Source: a virus (lineage: Duplodnaviria > Caudoviricetes). From it: a DNA stretch of 53,851 nucleotides. Shown here piece after piece: positions 10,101-20,000 of the stretch. The position numbers were made by a program, and so were the translations under genes. The stretch covers positions 1 through 53,851 of the IMG/VR virus record IMGVR_UViG_3300022744_000036; one strand, 5' to 3'. Under the pieces are notes generated by a model. It made no database searches. It saw nothing but the letters and a program-made list of their open reading frames with translations, and had not been told where the DNA came from. Each line of letters starts with the position of its first letter. Within the stretch, counting starts at the first letter, position 1.

Positions 10101-13100
10101 CCGGCACGCACCGCCTCCTCGACGAAGTAGGCCGCCAGCTCCGAGCGCTTCTGCTCGTCGAGCGTACCGGCGTTGATGATCCGGGCCAGGGCCTTGCGGG
10201 CAAGACCCGCCTCCTGACTGCCGTCCGTCATCTCGGACCAGTCGAGGATCTGGTCGGTCAGGCGCTGGAACTCCTTGACGGTGAGGATCTCCTCCAGGCC
10301 CAGGTGCACGCCGGCCTCGTGCATGAGCACGGAGCGCGCGTTGCCCGGCTTTATGTTCCCAGCGATCAGGTACACCCGCCCTCCCGTCACGAACCCCTGC
10401 ACCCGCTTGGCCTTGGGGCCTTCCTTGGACAGCGACTTCTGCACGCGTGGAGGCAGCTCGGAAGCGTCCTGAACGACCACCAGGCGGGGCGACTGCAGCG
10501 CAAGACCCAGCCCCTTGAGTTCCGCCTTGACGGCATCGACCGTGCTGGACTGGCGTCCGGGGCCGGCGACCTTGGACAGCTGCGGCCGCTCCGCCGACAG
10601 CTCACCCCGGCTCATGCGGGACAGCGTATCCTTGGACAGGTGGCGGGCCGGCTCCTGGGCTACTTCGCGGGGCTCGACGTCGGTGACGTCCTGCTCTGCT
10701 CGGCTTGCAGCTCCTTGATCTGTTCGTTCAGCTTGGGGTCCACCTCCCTCCCGTTCAACTGCCTGAACTCCTGTATTAGCTTGAGTTCGTCCAGAGTTGG
10801 CAGCGGGTACTTTCGTGGGAGGGGCCTGCTTGTGGTCATTGGAAATCCTCAGTTGGAATTTGGCTAGGAGAGCGGCTTCAGTATTACCGATCTCCCCCTC
10901 ACCGGACTTCAGTTGGGTGCCGAACTCGGAAACCCAGTCCGCCTTCATGGCGTCGTGGAGATCTTCCCAACTCGGGATCACCGCACCGCCTGACTCCGCA
11001 TTGTCCACGGCTTGAGCGCGCCACTCGTCGGCCGCCATTTCGGCGAGCGGGGAGCCTAGCAAGCGTCGGATGTTTTCTGCACGCTTCGGCGCGTTCAGAG
11101 TGCGCAGGTCCGTAACGATGGCGCCTTCCGGGACTACCACCGCGTCCTCGCGCTTGGCGGGTGCGGGGCCTGCTTTCCGGAGAATGTCGTCAGCCTCCGC
11201 TGCCAGTTTGCGCTGCGCAGTGGTTGGGGCGTCACCAGTCAAATGCCCGTCTCCGGCGGCGGCCCCCAGAGTGTCCTCCACCCGGAATCCGGGGGCGTCA
11301 CCGGCCTCCACGTTGTCCAGGCCCAGCTCGCTGGCGTTGATGGCGTCGGGGCTAACGGCGCTGGCCAGCGCCACGCGCTCGTCGATGCCGAAGTCCTTGA
11401 GCGACGAGGTGATCGCCTGACGGGTCACTTTCTTGCCCGTGCGCTCGCTCTCGACCCGCGCGATCTCCGCAAACGGCATGGGGTCGCGGCCCTCGACCAG
11501 GATCGGGGCGCCCGTGTCCGGGTCTTCCGTGATGTCCCAGCCGGTGGCCAGCAGGATGCGGGACTTCTGCAGTGGGGTGGCGTGCAGGATCTTGTCCGAT
11601 ACCTGCTGGGCGGTCACCGCGCGCTCCCGGCCGGAGCGTCCCACAGTCGTCGTCTTGTTGGGGTCGATGCCGGCTACTGCAGGGGCGACGCCACTTCCAC
11701 CTGGTACAGCCACACCCGCTGCGCGGCTTGCTCCAGGTGCCGGGGTATCGACAGCACCATCAACTCGCTGGCCGGCAACGACAGGTACAGATCCTGCAGC
11801 TCGCTCGCCTCGTAGGGGAGCAACACCCGGTTGTCCACCAGTTCCTTGAGCCACGGGTTGAGCTTGGCCGGTTGTGCGGACATCTGCGGCTCCTTGAGTC
11901 GTGACGGGGGTGATGGGCTTGGCATCCGCCTCGGCTTGCAGGCGAGTGTGCTCGGCCTTGGCGTCGATGAACTTGCGCACGGAGGCGAACCGGCGGGTCT
12001 TGAGTTCCCCGATGCTCTCGGCGTAATCGCCGTCCTGAATCTGGCCGGACTCGTGCAGCGCCTTGAGTTCGCCGAACAGCCCAACGGCCTTGTCGCCCTG
12101 AAGCCCGAAACCGGCGGCCTCGGCGCGCAGCGCCTCAATCCGTGCGGCGTGCTCGTCAGCCTGACGCTTGATCTCGTCCTGACGGGCCTTGTTCGCCAGC
12201 CACACCTGGCGGGCCATGGCGGCCCCCGGGTCGGTCATGTTCTCGGTATCGACGGGGTTGCCCGTCAGGTTGCCGAAGGAATCCGCGTGGACCGTGTCAC
12301 CCTGGAGGTTGACGGCGGGCATCTGCAAGGTCGGGGCGACGGCGCCCTCAACGCGAGGGTCCACCGGGCGGCCATCGCCAGCATACGGGCGCGGATCGTC
12401 GATAGCCAGGGTCAGGCCGGACGTATCGATGGCGGGGATCTGTGTACCCGACGGGCGCCCCTGCGGCAGCTCCTGTTGGGGACCGACCACATCGAGGCCG
12501 CGCGGAATCGCAGTCACACCCTCAAAGCCCTGGGTAGTAGTCCACTCGGGAGTCAGATCGCCAAGCGCCGGGTCATACGCCCGGTTCGGGATGGGGGCCT
12601 GCAGCGGCGCGCCCGTGTCGACACCCTCGAAACCCTGCGCCGTGGTGAGCCCGCCGGGGTTTAGTAGGTCCTTGCCGCCCGTCTGGTCGATCGACGGCGT
12701 GGGGGCGCGACGCCCGGAGCGGATTCCGCCCGGCAGGCCCATGAGACCTTCAACCAGGCCCCCCGCCACCCCGGAGTTCAGGCGCTTGGAGAACGCATCG
12801 TCGGGGCTCACGCGGCCGTTGTAGGCCATCTCCATCTCGTTCTGGAGCAGCTCACTCGTGGCGCCGGTCGCGCCTTGCGTGGCACCGGCCTTGCCGATAC
12901 GGGTCAGCAGGTTGCCCTGGAACCCGGCGCCGTGTCCGATACGCCCGACCAGCATGGCCTCGGGCAGGGTCTCCGTGAGGGCGTAAGGCAGGCCGCCCGC
13001 CAGCGCAGCAGCGCCCGAGTTCGGATCGCCCCCTTCGACGGCTTCCTGGTACAGCGAGCCGACACCTTGGCCGTAGTTGAACGCGCCGCCGCCGACTACC

Positions 13101-13612
13101 TGCTTGGCGAAAGTCTGACCGGCCTCCAAGGCCGCGCGGCGCGCAGCAAATTCGGAGCCGCCGGTAGCCGCAGCCTCCGCCACGCGAGCGGCCATCCCGC
13201 CGCCACCAAGAGCCCTGGGGAGCAGAGCCGCCCCACGAGACAGCGCCGCCGGTACCGCCACTTCCGGGACCACGAGGCCCGCCGCAATGGCGCCGCCGAT
13301 GTTCGGAACCTGCTTGGCCACCTGGTAGGTGGCGTAAGGGAGCCACTTGCTCGGCTTGTCCCACACGTCCTCGACGCGCTCCAGGTCCGGGCGGCCGTTG
13401 AGCTGCGACTCCCGCTGGTTGCGGTCAGCCTGCTCGTTGAGCCAGTCGCGGGCACGATCGGCACCAAAGGTGTCGGCCATGGCCCCGAGCGCACTGTAGC
13501 CAAGACCCTGTAGATCGTCGGTACCGGACGACAGGCCCGCCACGAGCGCATTGCGCTCCGGGCGAGGGCCCAGGTCAAAGCTCTGGAGAATTCGACCTTC
13601 GATGACGGGCAT
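7109..13612 (-). CDS. giant internal virion/ejection protein of the polyvalent type
   Basis: 2167 aa, last gene of the virion operon. HEAGVH zincin-like motif and YAPLKRFGDY (PLxRFG) motif. Confidence 0.8.
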   Translation of the reverse strand: MPVIEGRILQSFDLGPRPERNALVAGLSSGTDDLQGLGYSALGAMADTFGADRARDWLNEQADRNQRESQLNGRPDLERVEDVWDKPSKWLPYATYQVAKQVPNIGGAIAAGLVVPEVAVPAALSRGAALLPRALGGGGMAARVAEAAATGGSEFAARRAALEAGQTFAKQVVGGGAFNYGQGVGSLYQEAVEGGDPNSGAAALAGGLPYALTETLPEAMLVGRIGHGAGFQGNLLTRIGKAGATQGATGATSELLQNEMEMAYNGRVSPDDAFSKRLNSGVAGGLVEGLMGLPGGIRSGRRAPTPSIDQTGGKDLLNPGGLTTAQGFEGVDTGAPLQAPIPNRAYDPALGDLTPEWTTTQGFEGVTAIPRGLDVVGPQQELPQGRPSGTQIPAIDTSGLTLAIDDPRPYAGDGRPVDPRVEGAVAPTLQMPAVNLQGDTVHADSFGNLTGNPVDTENMTDPGAAMARQVWLANKARQDEIKRQADEHAARIEALRAEAAGFGLQGDKAVGLFGELKALHESGQIQDGDYAESIGELKTRRFASVRKFIDAKAEHTRLQAEADAKPITPVTTQGAADVRTTGQAQPVAQGTGGQPGVAPLRGERAAGSVPVVAGQRVDGAVDTPAPGASRAAGVAVPGGSGVAPAVAGIDPNKTTTVGRSGRERAVTAQQVSDKILHATPLQKSRILLATGWDITEDPDTGAPILVEGRDPMPFAEIARVESERTGKKVTRQAITSSLKDFGIDERVALASAVSPDAINASELGLDNVEAGDAPGFRVEDTLGAAAGDGHLTGDAPTTAQRKLAAEADDILRKAGPAPAKREDAVVVPEGAIVTDLRTLNAPKRAENIRRLLGSPLAEMAADEWRAQAVDNAESGGAVIPSWEDLHDAMKADWVSEFGTQLKSGEGEIGNTEAALLAKFQLRISNDHKQAPPTKVPAANSGRTQANTGVQAVEREGGGPQAERTDQGAASRAEQDVTDVEPREVAQEPARHLSKDTLSRMSRGELSAERPQLSKVAGPGRQSSTVDAVKAELKGLGLALQSPRLVVVQDASELPPRVQKSLSKEGPKAKRVQGFVTGGRVYLIAGNIKPGNARSVLMHEAGVHLGLEEILTVKEFQRLTDQILDWSEMTDGSQEAGLARKALARIINAGTLDEQKRSELAAYFVEEAVRAGVDPTAMKYRTNVERWMSTLVAALKKGLAKLRLGSTVRLTAQDVVDMAYGAAHFQLGEDTRGGSTESKYSYAGEGATGPNPDIRFSVEPDAGPIPSPVSAAARRVAGATGSQVVTDVTHTARRLADSLSFLHDLVDDLKGSLPSIKDWYKGVQDVQATRNKLKQDAERVAAAAERLPGGTQNVNEFLSKSTFQQKWGYDPSLDPQHKDLFPAEDKAGEPVKYEVDPTLQRDFNLLKPEEQQVVRDVFAHGQKMLKVKRGLMKALKLDDVDQLTSMGAGSDGKPYAPLKRFGDYVAVLKSKELRDAEQADDASRVKALKQDPNHYVVSYFDTPGQAALFAEKNSKAGGGGFDWSDHFEKSAELADSMAPKHATLQRLLAAMGADEAMPKATKEALTKMVQDMYFQSIDEHHARTSTLKRMNRAGYDSDMVRSFLSHARADANWLANLEHGGKINEAFYRMQREARNPLTGKREHQNEFNAIADHYRENLSYKETPWTDRAMALTSAWQLLTSLGYHVANATQGFMVTLPKLAADFGDYSGAWKHLSDGYKALKDTGVWGQLQLERVKNPGLRGALQRAADMGVLDIGLDEDLTHFEATRTGYAPVDAASKGVRTALHKLRQVSRAVETANRVAAATAAYNMAIAKGRTEEAAQEYAVRILQTTQGDFSRTGAPLLLKRLPKVMTQYRKYQFMMAALYTRAFKQAFTGATPEERAIGKRMLAFKLFHTSMAAGVLGLPAMNLVGLVMGALFGGDDEPWSTERQMREWIGDPFVADLLLHGPLNMVGLDMSSKLGDDKVFSIAPYTDFKFGSASEMAQTLGGILGGPTLSQAGRFAEGVGYFKRGDFYRGVEQLMPKGPADAMKAARIANEGYTLKNGDVMVKPDDVNEFALALDAVGLKSTSFKNMEWLRSQQYEVRQFYQERTKDIEHRYAEAMKADDYEKAAKLRQDWQELQDGKDNVRHWFNDQPEEMKRQPLSTLLKYPKAQADRERKLQKAMPQ
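10660..10839 (-). CDS. nested 59-aa gene in the +1 frame of the giant virion protein
   Basis: MTTSRPLPRKYPLPTLDELKLIQEFRQLNGREVDPKLNEQIKELQAEQSRTSPTSSPAK. GAGGA 6 nt upstream; GC3 bias shifts to this frame. Confidence 0.55.
   Translation of the reverse strand: MTTSRPLPRKYPLPTLDELKLIQEFRQLNGREVDPKLNEQIKELQAEQSRTSPTSSPAK
11674..11883 (-). CDS. nested 69-aa gene in the +1 frame of the giant virion protein
   Basis: MSAQPAKLNPWLKELVDNRVLLPYEASELQDLYL... AAGGAG 6 nt upstream; GC3 bias shifts to this frame. Confidence 0.65.
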   Translation of the reverse strand: MSAQPAKLNPWLKELVDNRVLLPYEASELQDLYLSLPASELMVLSIPRHLEQAAQRVWLYQVEVASPLQ

Positions 13613-13624
13613 GGGCCGCCCTCC

Positions 13625-15271
13625 TTATCGTGCGTTGGCTTGCTGGTACTGCGTGATCCTGCGGGCGATCTCGGGTACGGCACGGGGGTTGTTGCGCTGG
13701 GCCGCGCGGTACTCAGCCCACAAGGCATACAGGGCCGGGTCACGGCTGGCCGTGGCTGCTGCCGCTTCTGCGGCGCGCTTGGCGGGAAGGGCGACCTGCC
13801 GCGCCTCTTGTCCGCTGCGCTCATAGAGCGACCGGGCGTCCGTCAGGGCGGGTGCGGGGGGCGCGGTCGACGCCCCACTCGGCAGGTCCCCGGTCTTTGC
13901 CGGAGCCTTGGCTTTGGCCGCTTCCGCTGCGGTCGAGTACGTCTGCCCGTCGCCCCCAACAAACCCGAGCTTCACGCCGCTGTCGGTCTCGACGTTCACC
14001 AGCTCCACACCCACGTCCTGCGCCTGCTTGCGGTAGGACTCCAGGGTCGTCGACGTCATGCCCAGCGGGATGGCGAAACCATTGTAGGTGTTGTAGAGCG
14101 CCCGACCGCCGTCCTTGGAGAACGCGGTGTACGTGCCGTCGTCGTTCTTCTTCTGCTCCACCGGCAGGTCCAGCAGCTTCTTGGCCCCGGAGCCCCCCGT
14201 CGCCGGACGGCCGAGGTTGATCTGCCCGCCGTTGCGGACGTTGAGCATGTTGAAGCGTGTAAGCAGACCGCGCCCCTCGTCCCCCTGCTGCTGGGCGGGG
14301 GTGAGCTTGTCCCACTGAGCCTGGAGTTGAACCGCTTCCTCGCGGCGCCCTTGCGCATCGCGGATGTCCTGCAGCTGCGCGTTCTTGAGGTCGCGCGTGG
14401 TGTTGGCGTTCATCATTGCCGCGCCGGCTTGCGTCTGGTGCGCGCGGGCCGTAATGAGCCCGTTCTGGTCCTGGGCAGCGTCGTGGGTCGCCGTATTGTT
14501 GCCCTTGGCCAGCGCTTCTTGCACCTTGTTCCACTCGCCAATGTGGCCGGCGATGTCCTTGTGCGCAGCCTGGAGCGTCGCCATGGCGTCCGCACCGAAG
14601 CCAGCCTCGCCGTAAGCGTGGGCCAGCGCAACCTGGCGCAGCTGAGCTTCGTTGAGCGTGAACTGCGACCCCGCGATGGGGGTCTTGCCATCCGCCTCGG
14701 TCTTGAGGAAGGTGTAGCCGTTCTTGTCCTTGCCCGTGTAGAGCATCGGGTAGCCGCTCAGGTTGATGTCGGCCGCCTGCCGCTCCAGGTCCTTGAGCGA
14801 GGTCTTCATGACCGAGGCCGCCACCGCGTCCTTGCGCTGGGCCTTGGCTTCGGCTTCCAGGGTGGTCAGGGCGTTGGGGTCCCGCATCGCCACGGCGATG
14901 TTTTGACGGGCTGCAAGCAGCTCGGCCGGGGAGGCCGTGCGTTGCACCAGAGGGGCACGCGTTCCATCCGGAAGCTGTAGCCCGGTGGGCTGTGCCTGTT
15001 GGCTGGCGGGGACCGGGCCCAGGCCGCCAGGGGCCGACACGGACGTGCCGAAGTCCACCTTGGAGCCGTCGACCACGCCGCCTTGCAGCGCCGAGTAGTT
15101 CTTGAAGGCCGCGTCCTGGCTTTGACGATCGTTCTGCCGCCAGCTGAATTCGGCCTGCCGCTGGGCCGCCTCTTGCTCGCGCATGGCCATCTCTCGCTGG
15201 CGCAGCTTCTGGTCCTCCGCAGAGTCCCAGGCGTCCATGCCGAATTTCAGGCCGGTCTGAAAAGCACCCAT
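13625..15271 (-). CDS. internal virion/ejection protein
   Basis: Gln/Ala-rich helical protein between virion genes; GAGGAGG RBS. Confidence 0.7.
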   Translation of the reverse strand: MGAFQTGLKFGMDAWDSAEDQKLRQREMAMREQEAAQRQAEFSWRQNDRQSQDAAFKNYSALQGGVVDGSKVDFGTSVSAPGGLGPVPASQQAQPTGLQLPDGTRAPLVQRTASPAELLAARQNIAVAMRDPNALTTLEAEAKAQRKDAVAASVMKTSLKDLERQAADINLSGYPMLYTGKDKNGYTFLKTEADGKTPIAGSQFTLNEAQLRQVALAHAYGEAGFGADAMATLQAAHKDIAGHIGEWNKVQEALAKGNNTATHDAAQDQNGLITARAHQTQAGAAMMNANTTRDLKNAQLQDIRDAQGRREEAVQLQAQWDKLTPAQQQGDEGRGLLTRFNMLNVRNGGQINLGRPATGGSGAKKLLDLPVEQKKNDDGTYTAFSKDGGRALYNTYNGFAIPLGMTSTTLESYRKQAQDVGVELVNVETDSGVKLGFVGGDGQTYSTAAEAAKAKAPAKTGDLPSGASTAPPAPALTDARSLYERSGQEARQVALPAKRAAEAAAATASRDPALYALWAEYRAAQRNNPRAVPEIARRITQYQQANAR

Positions 15272-15281
15272 CGTTTCCTCC

Positions 15282-16082
15282 TCAGAACAGCCACTTCTTC
15301 ATGGCCAGCCCGCTACCGATACCCAGGATCGTGTTGAACGGGTCGTTGGCCGAAGCCAGCTGGTCTTGCTGGTTCTTGTAGTTCGCCTCGGCGTTCCACA
15401 TGCCCGTCGCGTTAGAGCCCATGGCCCCCGCCATCGAGCCAGCCGCGCTGAAACCGGCGTTGAGGCCGGACAGCCCAGAGTTCACGGCGGTGAGGCCGGA
15501 CATACCCAGCGACGCGCCCGTGGCGCCCAGGCCGGAGGCCATCGACGGGAACCCCGACAGGATGTTGGCCGCGTTACTCTTGAGCTGCAGGCCCTCGGCC
15601 CGAGCCGCCTCGCTCACCTTGCGACCCGCCAGCACCTTGGCCAGGGCCTCGTTCATGTCCATCTGGTTGTGCAGGCCGGCGTAACGCCCGTCCGCTGGGT
15701 TGACCCCCACGCGCGCAAGGTCCCGCAGCTGCTGGCCACGGGCCGAACCGAACGCCTGCGTGATGTCCGCGTTGGCCTCACCCATCAGGGTGTTGCGGCG
15801 GTCTTCCTGGTTGAACTGGCGGGCCTCGTTGACCAGCGGGTCGATCGCGGCGGTGTACTTATCGCGCATGTCGAGCGCGTACTTGCGGTCTTCCTGCCCT
15901 TGATCGTAGGCCGTGCGTGCGGCGTCCAGGCCGAACTGCATCTGCTGGCGCTGCAGGGGCGCGAGCTGCTCCGTGTTGGCCAGCACCCGGCTGATGGCGT
16001 CGTCCTGGACGCCCATCGAATGAATCTGCGCGTCGACCAGCCGGGGATCCGGGGCGGGTGCGCTGGAGGACTTAGCGCCCAT
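15282..16082 (-). CDS. internal virion (pilot-like) protein
   Basis: MGAKSSSAPAPDP start and Gly/Ala/Ser-rich C-terminus, typical of the small ejection protein after a GNAT gene. Confidence 0.7.
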   Translation of the reverse strand: MGAKSSSAPAPDPRLVDAQIHSMGVQDDAISRVLANTEQLAPLQRQQMQFGLDAARTAYDQGQEDRKYALDMRDKYTAAIDPLVNEARQFNQEDRRNTLMGEANADITQAFGSARGQQLRDLARVGVNPADGRYAGLHNQMDMNEALAKVLAGRKVSEAARAEGLQLKSNAANILSGFPSMASGLGATGASLGMSGLTAVNSGLSGLNAGFSAAGSMAGAMGSNATGMWNAEANYKNQQDQLASANDPFNTILGIGSGLAMKKWLF

Positions 16083-16503
16083 AGCGTTCTCCCAAGAAGC
16101 GGCAGTCGTCCCGCCACATGGAGTAGATGATGACGTCCGAGCCATCCTCGGACGCCTGCTTGAGCCGGGCTTCCGGCTTGAACCCGAGGTGCTCCACCAG
16201 CCGGCGCGAGGCGGCATTGCCCTCGCTCACGTAACCGCTGACTCGCTTGACGCCCATCTCGTTGAACGGGTACTCGAAGCTGTAGCGCAGAAACCCCCGC
16301 GTCATCCAGGAACTGCCGGGCTCGGCGGCGACGTGCATCCACACGTTCTGCCCGTTGAAGCCCTCGTACAGCACGCCCGCTTCCAGCTCGCCCCCGCGCT
16401 CCAGGCCGATGCCTTTCATGCCGCCAACGGGTTGCATGGGCATGTGGCGGCTCACGTAGGTGTAGACGCGCAGCGGGTCAGAGATGACGCGGGTGGAATT
16501 CAC
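16072..16503 (-). CDS. GNAT-family acetyltransferase (virion operon)
   Basis: YPFNEMGVKRVSG..N.ASRRLVEHLGF..E motif. Confidence 0.8.
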   Translation of the reverse strand: MNSTRVISDPLRVYTYVSRHMPMQPVGGMKGIGLERGGELEAGVLYEGFNGQNVWMHVAAEPGSSWMTRGFLRYSFEYPFNEMGVKRVSGYVSEGNAASRRLVEHLGFKPEARLKQASEDGSDVIIYSMWRDDCRFLGERYGR

Positions 16504-16751
16504 GCCGCGTCGGGCAGCTCGATGCTGGGAACCTCGATCTCGTCGGCCGCCGGCTCGGCTGCCTTGGGGGCTTTCTTGCGGGCGGAGGCCTTGGGCGGCT
16601 CCTCCACCACTTCCAGCTCCTTGGCCTTGGCGACGCCAGCCTCAGTCATGATGAACTGCCCGTTGCGGTACTGGCCCACAACGACGCCATTGAGGATCAG
16701 GTCGCCCGCGACGCAGTCGGCGCCAGCAACGGTGAAAACGTGTTCGGTCAT
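16500..16751 (-). CDS. hypothetical protein
   Basis: GGAG RBS, Lys/Ala/Glu tail, overlaps the next start. Confidence 0.7.
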   Translation of the reverse strand: MTEHVFTVAGADCVAGDLILNGVVVGQYRNGQFIMTEAGVAKAKELEVVEEPPKASARKKAPKAAEPAADEIEVPSIELPDAA

Positions 16752-16773
16752 GAGGATCTCCGTAGATACCGGG

Positions 16774-16793
16774 ATTATGCTCTAACACGTTAG
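16774..16793 (-). promoter_or_regulatory. palindromic operator next to a CATAAT -10-like box
   Basis: CTAACACGTTAG at 16782-16793; CATAAT just downstream on the minus strand. Confidence 0.55.
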
Positions 16794-16805
16794 TGTTGGC
16801 GAGCC

Positions 16806-17063
16806 CTAGTGTGGGTTCTTCGGCGCGCCCTCGGTCTTGGTCGTTGCCGTGGGGTCAGGCGTGGGCGCGACCGGAATCAGGTGCTGCGCCAGCGTCATCA
16901 CGCCGACGATCAGCGCGGGGGTCAGGCGCTGGCCCTCGTTGTCCTGCAGCTGGGCCTGGACGATCTGCAGCACATGGTCGCGCGCCGCGCGGGGGATCAG
17001 GCCGTCAAAGGCCGGGGCCAGGCTGGCGCCTGGCATCGTGGGGCGGGAGTGCAGGGGGTGCAT
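16806..17063 (-). CDS. hypothetical protein (possible tail fibre chaperone)
   Basis: TGATG coupling to the upstream tail gene; MHPLHSRPT... Confidence 0.55.
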   Translation of the reverse strand: MHPLHSRPTMPGASLAPAFDGLIPRAARDHVLQIVQAQLQDNEGQRLTPALIVGVMTLAQHLIPVAPTPDPTATTKTEGAPKNPH

Positions 17064-20000
17064 CAGTTGGCCCTCCAGGCCAGAATCTCGTAAAGGGTGC
17101 CGTTGTCGTCGTACTCGATCCACGTCGGCGCGCCGGTGTAGGTGCCGGGCTTGGTGGACACGCTCGACGGGATCGACACGGTGGCACCGCCGCCCGCGTT
17201 GACGTGCAAGGTGCGCCACGCCCCGTCGCTGGCCAAGATCTTTCGGCCCACGCCGTCCGGCTTGCCGATGACCGTGCCCGCATAGGTGATCCAGCCCACG
17301 TCGAACGACGCGTTGCCCGAACAGCGGAAGAATGGGTCGCTCTGCGACTTCGCGGCGGCATAGCCGTCGGAAAACCAGATCGGCGACCCCGCGACGTTGA
17401 GCGCGCCCGTCTCGACCTTCAGCGCCGCCGAGCGCTCGGCGTAGATTTCCAGAATCTGCGCGCCAAGCGCGGAGTTGGTCCCCGTGAAGTCGTCTTCCAT
17501 CAGCACCAGCGGGTTTTGTCTGTAGGTAGACCCCGCTTTCTCGAAGTACGCCAACGGGGTATAGGCGCCGACGCTGGTGTCAATCCCGAACACACCCTGA
17601 CCGCCCGTGTACGTGCCAGCCTTGAGCGCCGCCATGCTGACCGTGCCAGTGACCAGCAGCGAGCCGTCAATCACTTGCGTGAGGACCGACCACGAGCTGT
17701 TGCCGTTCGTCGAATACGTCCCGTCGTTGCTGTACGTCGTGCTGTAACTGGTGCCGTTGCTGAACACCACCGTATCGCCCTTGATCGGAGTCGTCGGCGT
17801 GAGGCCGGCCACAGCGGCGGCGATCAGTGTCGTCGCCTGAGACTTGTACGAAGCGGAGCCAGCGCCGGAGCCATTGTTGTAGGTGCTGGTGTAGGCCACA
17901 TTCGTGTCGTAGACCGTGCGGCTACCTCGTGTGCCCGTGCTTCCGCTCTTGGTCTTGGCGATCGTCTGCACCAGATTCAGCGTCACATCCGCGCCGTTGG
18001 CTCGGCGCACGGTAACCGGGAACGTGATGGTCACCACATCCGTCGCGGAGTCCATGGCACTGGCAACCGCCACCGTTGCCGTTGTCGTGGTGCTTCCGCT
18101 GATCGCGCCTACCGTGATCTTTCCGGCCGGGGACACCGTCGGCGTGCCGATCGTGAACCGCCCGGCGGCCAGCGTGGTCGAGTGGTAGGTGAGGTACGTC
18201 GAGCCTTCAAGCATGCGGATCGTCGTCCCGCTGCCCGTGTAGCTGGTCACCGCCCCGGCGCTGTCGGCTGGTACGGTGTGGTTCTGGTTAGAGAACTCAT
18301 AGCTGATGCCATCGACCCCGGCGACCTGCTTCGTGATCGTCAGCGGGACATCGCGATACACCGATGGCGCTGCGGTCAATGCGACCCGGAACGTGATCGT
18401 CGTCTGGTTCGACGAGTTCGCCCACGACCCGGAACCAGTCACGGCAAATGCTCCCGTGCTGCTGTTCATCGTCGCAGTGAGCGTCGATGGGTTCGCCTGG
18501 ATCGAGTACGTCAGGCCCGACGTGATCAGCGACCCCCCTTGGTACAACTGCAAGGAGCCCGCCGCATTGGACCAGGATGTCACGGCCCCGGTACTGTCAG
18601 CCGGAACGGACACGCTCTGCCCCGTGGTCAGGATCGACAGGTAGGGCTCCTGGCCATCCGTGATGCGCAGGATTCGAACGGACTTCGTGGCAAGCGAGCC
18701 AAGAGTCGCCGTGACATCAACGTATTGGACCGGGTTGCCGGGCAGGATGAAGTTCGCCGCCGTGAGGGTGCGCGAGTCGCCCGAGCCCGTCAGGTAGCTT
18801 GTCAGAGTGGCGAGCACGGACCCTGTGGACGAATACGCGGTCGCCGACCAAGTAACCGTGCCCGCCAAGCTAGAAGGGGTGCGCGTGACCGTGAAGGTCG
18901 CGCTCTGCCCGCTCGACGGGTACTCCGCGCCCGTGGTCGTGAACGCGAAGTTGGCGTTGTTGGTCGTCAGCGTGATGAGCTGGGCATCAGCGCCCGTGGC
19001 GCCGGCCCGTACCCTCGTGATCGTGAACACCGCGTCGCGAGTGGCGCCGCTGCTATGCGTCGCGCGGAAGGTGATCTGCGCTGTGTCGCCCGTGCTCCAT
19101 GTGATGCTGGAAACGCCGTACTCCCCCGTGGATGGGTTGATGCAGGAGCTTCCGGCATAGGGGCCCGACACCGCCGTGACGCCCGTGAAGCTGACCTGCG
19201 AGTACGTCACGCCACTGGACAGCGTGGTGCCGCCTTGCGTGATCTTGAACTGCTGCGGCGCGCTCGCGCTGTGCTGCGCCCCGGAGTAGTCAGACACCGT
19301 GCCGTCGTTGGCAGATTGCAACGCGACAGATGGCTTGGTCAGGCCCGAGATGATCGGCTCGGCGCCATCCGTCAGGCGCACGATCCGGACCGTGGAAGAA
19401 AGCGCGCCGACCGTAGCCACCACGTCCACATATTGCACGCTGTTGGAGAACGACCCGCCCGGCTGCATGAAGGCGGTGGACGTGAGCGAACGGGAATCGC
19501 CGGATCCCGTGAGCGTCACCGATCCGAGAGAGCTGCTACTGGAGTTGTACGCGGTAGCGGTGAACGTCGCTGTGCCTGACAGCGATGTCGGCTGCCGTGT
19601 CAACGTGAGCGCGGCGGCCTGTGCCGCAGGGTACGCGGCGCCAGCGCTGTCGAGCCCCATCGTCAGCGAGGACGATGTCAGGAATACCGCGTTGAAGTCC
19701 GTCCCATCTGTCCCGGCAAGCTGCTTGGACACCACCAGGGCGATGTCCCGGTAAGAGCCGGGGTCAGCCGTCAGGGCCGCTCGCAAAGTCACGTTCGACG
19801 TGGTGGCGCTGGAAGTCCACCAGCCGGAAGGCGAGCCCGGGAAGGACAGCGAATACTGGCCGTAGGTGGCGCCCGACGTGTTGCTGATCGTCACGCCCAG
19901 GCTGTCCGGGTCGGAGTGCACAGAGAACGTCAGGCCAGACGACTGGAGCACGCCGCCGTAGTAGACCTGCATGATGCCGGTCTTGGCCGATCCGAAGCTG

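Noticed and set aside
7112-10867. 1251-aa plus-strand ORF, and similar long antisense ORFs (13640-14980, 16793-19579, 27351-28724, 29431-30756, 38628-39923, 51947-53104)
   Set aside because: Antisense shadows of high-GC3 genes; no RBS or motifs and biased composition.
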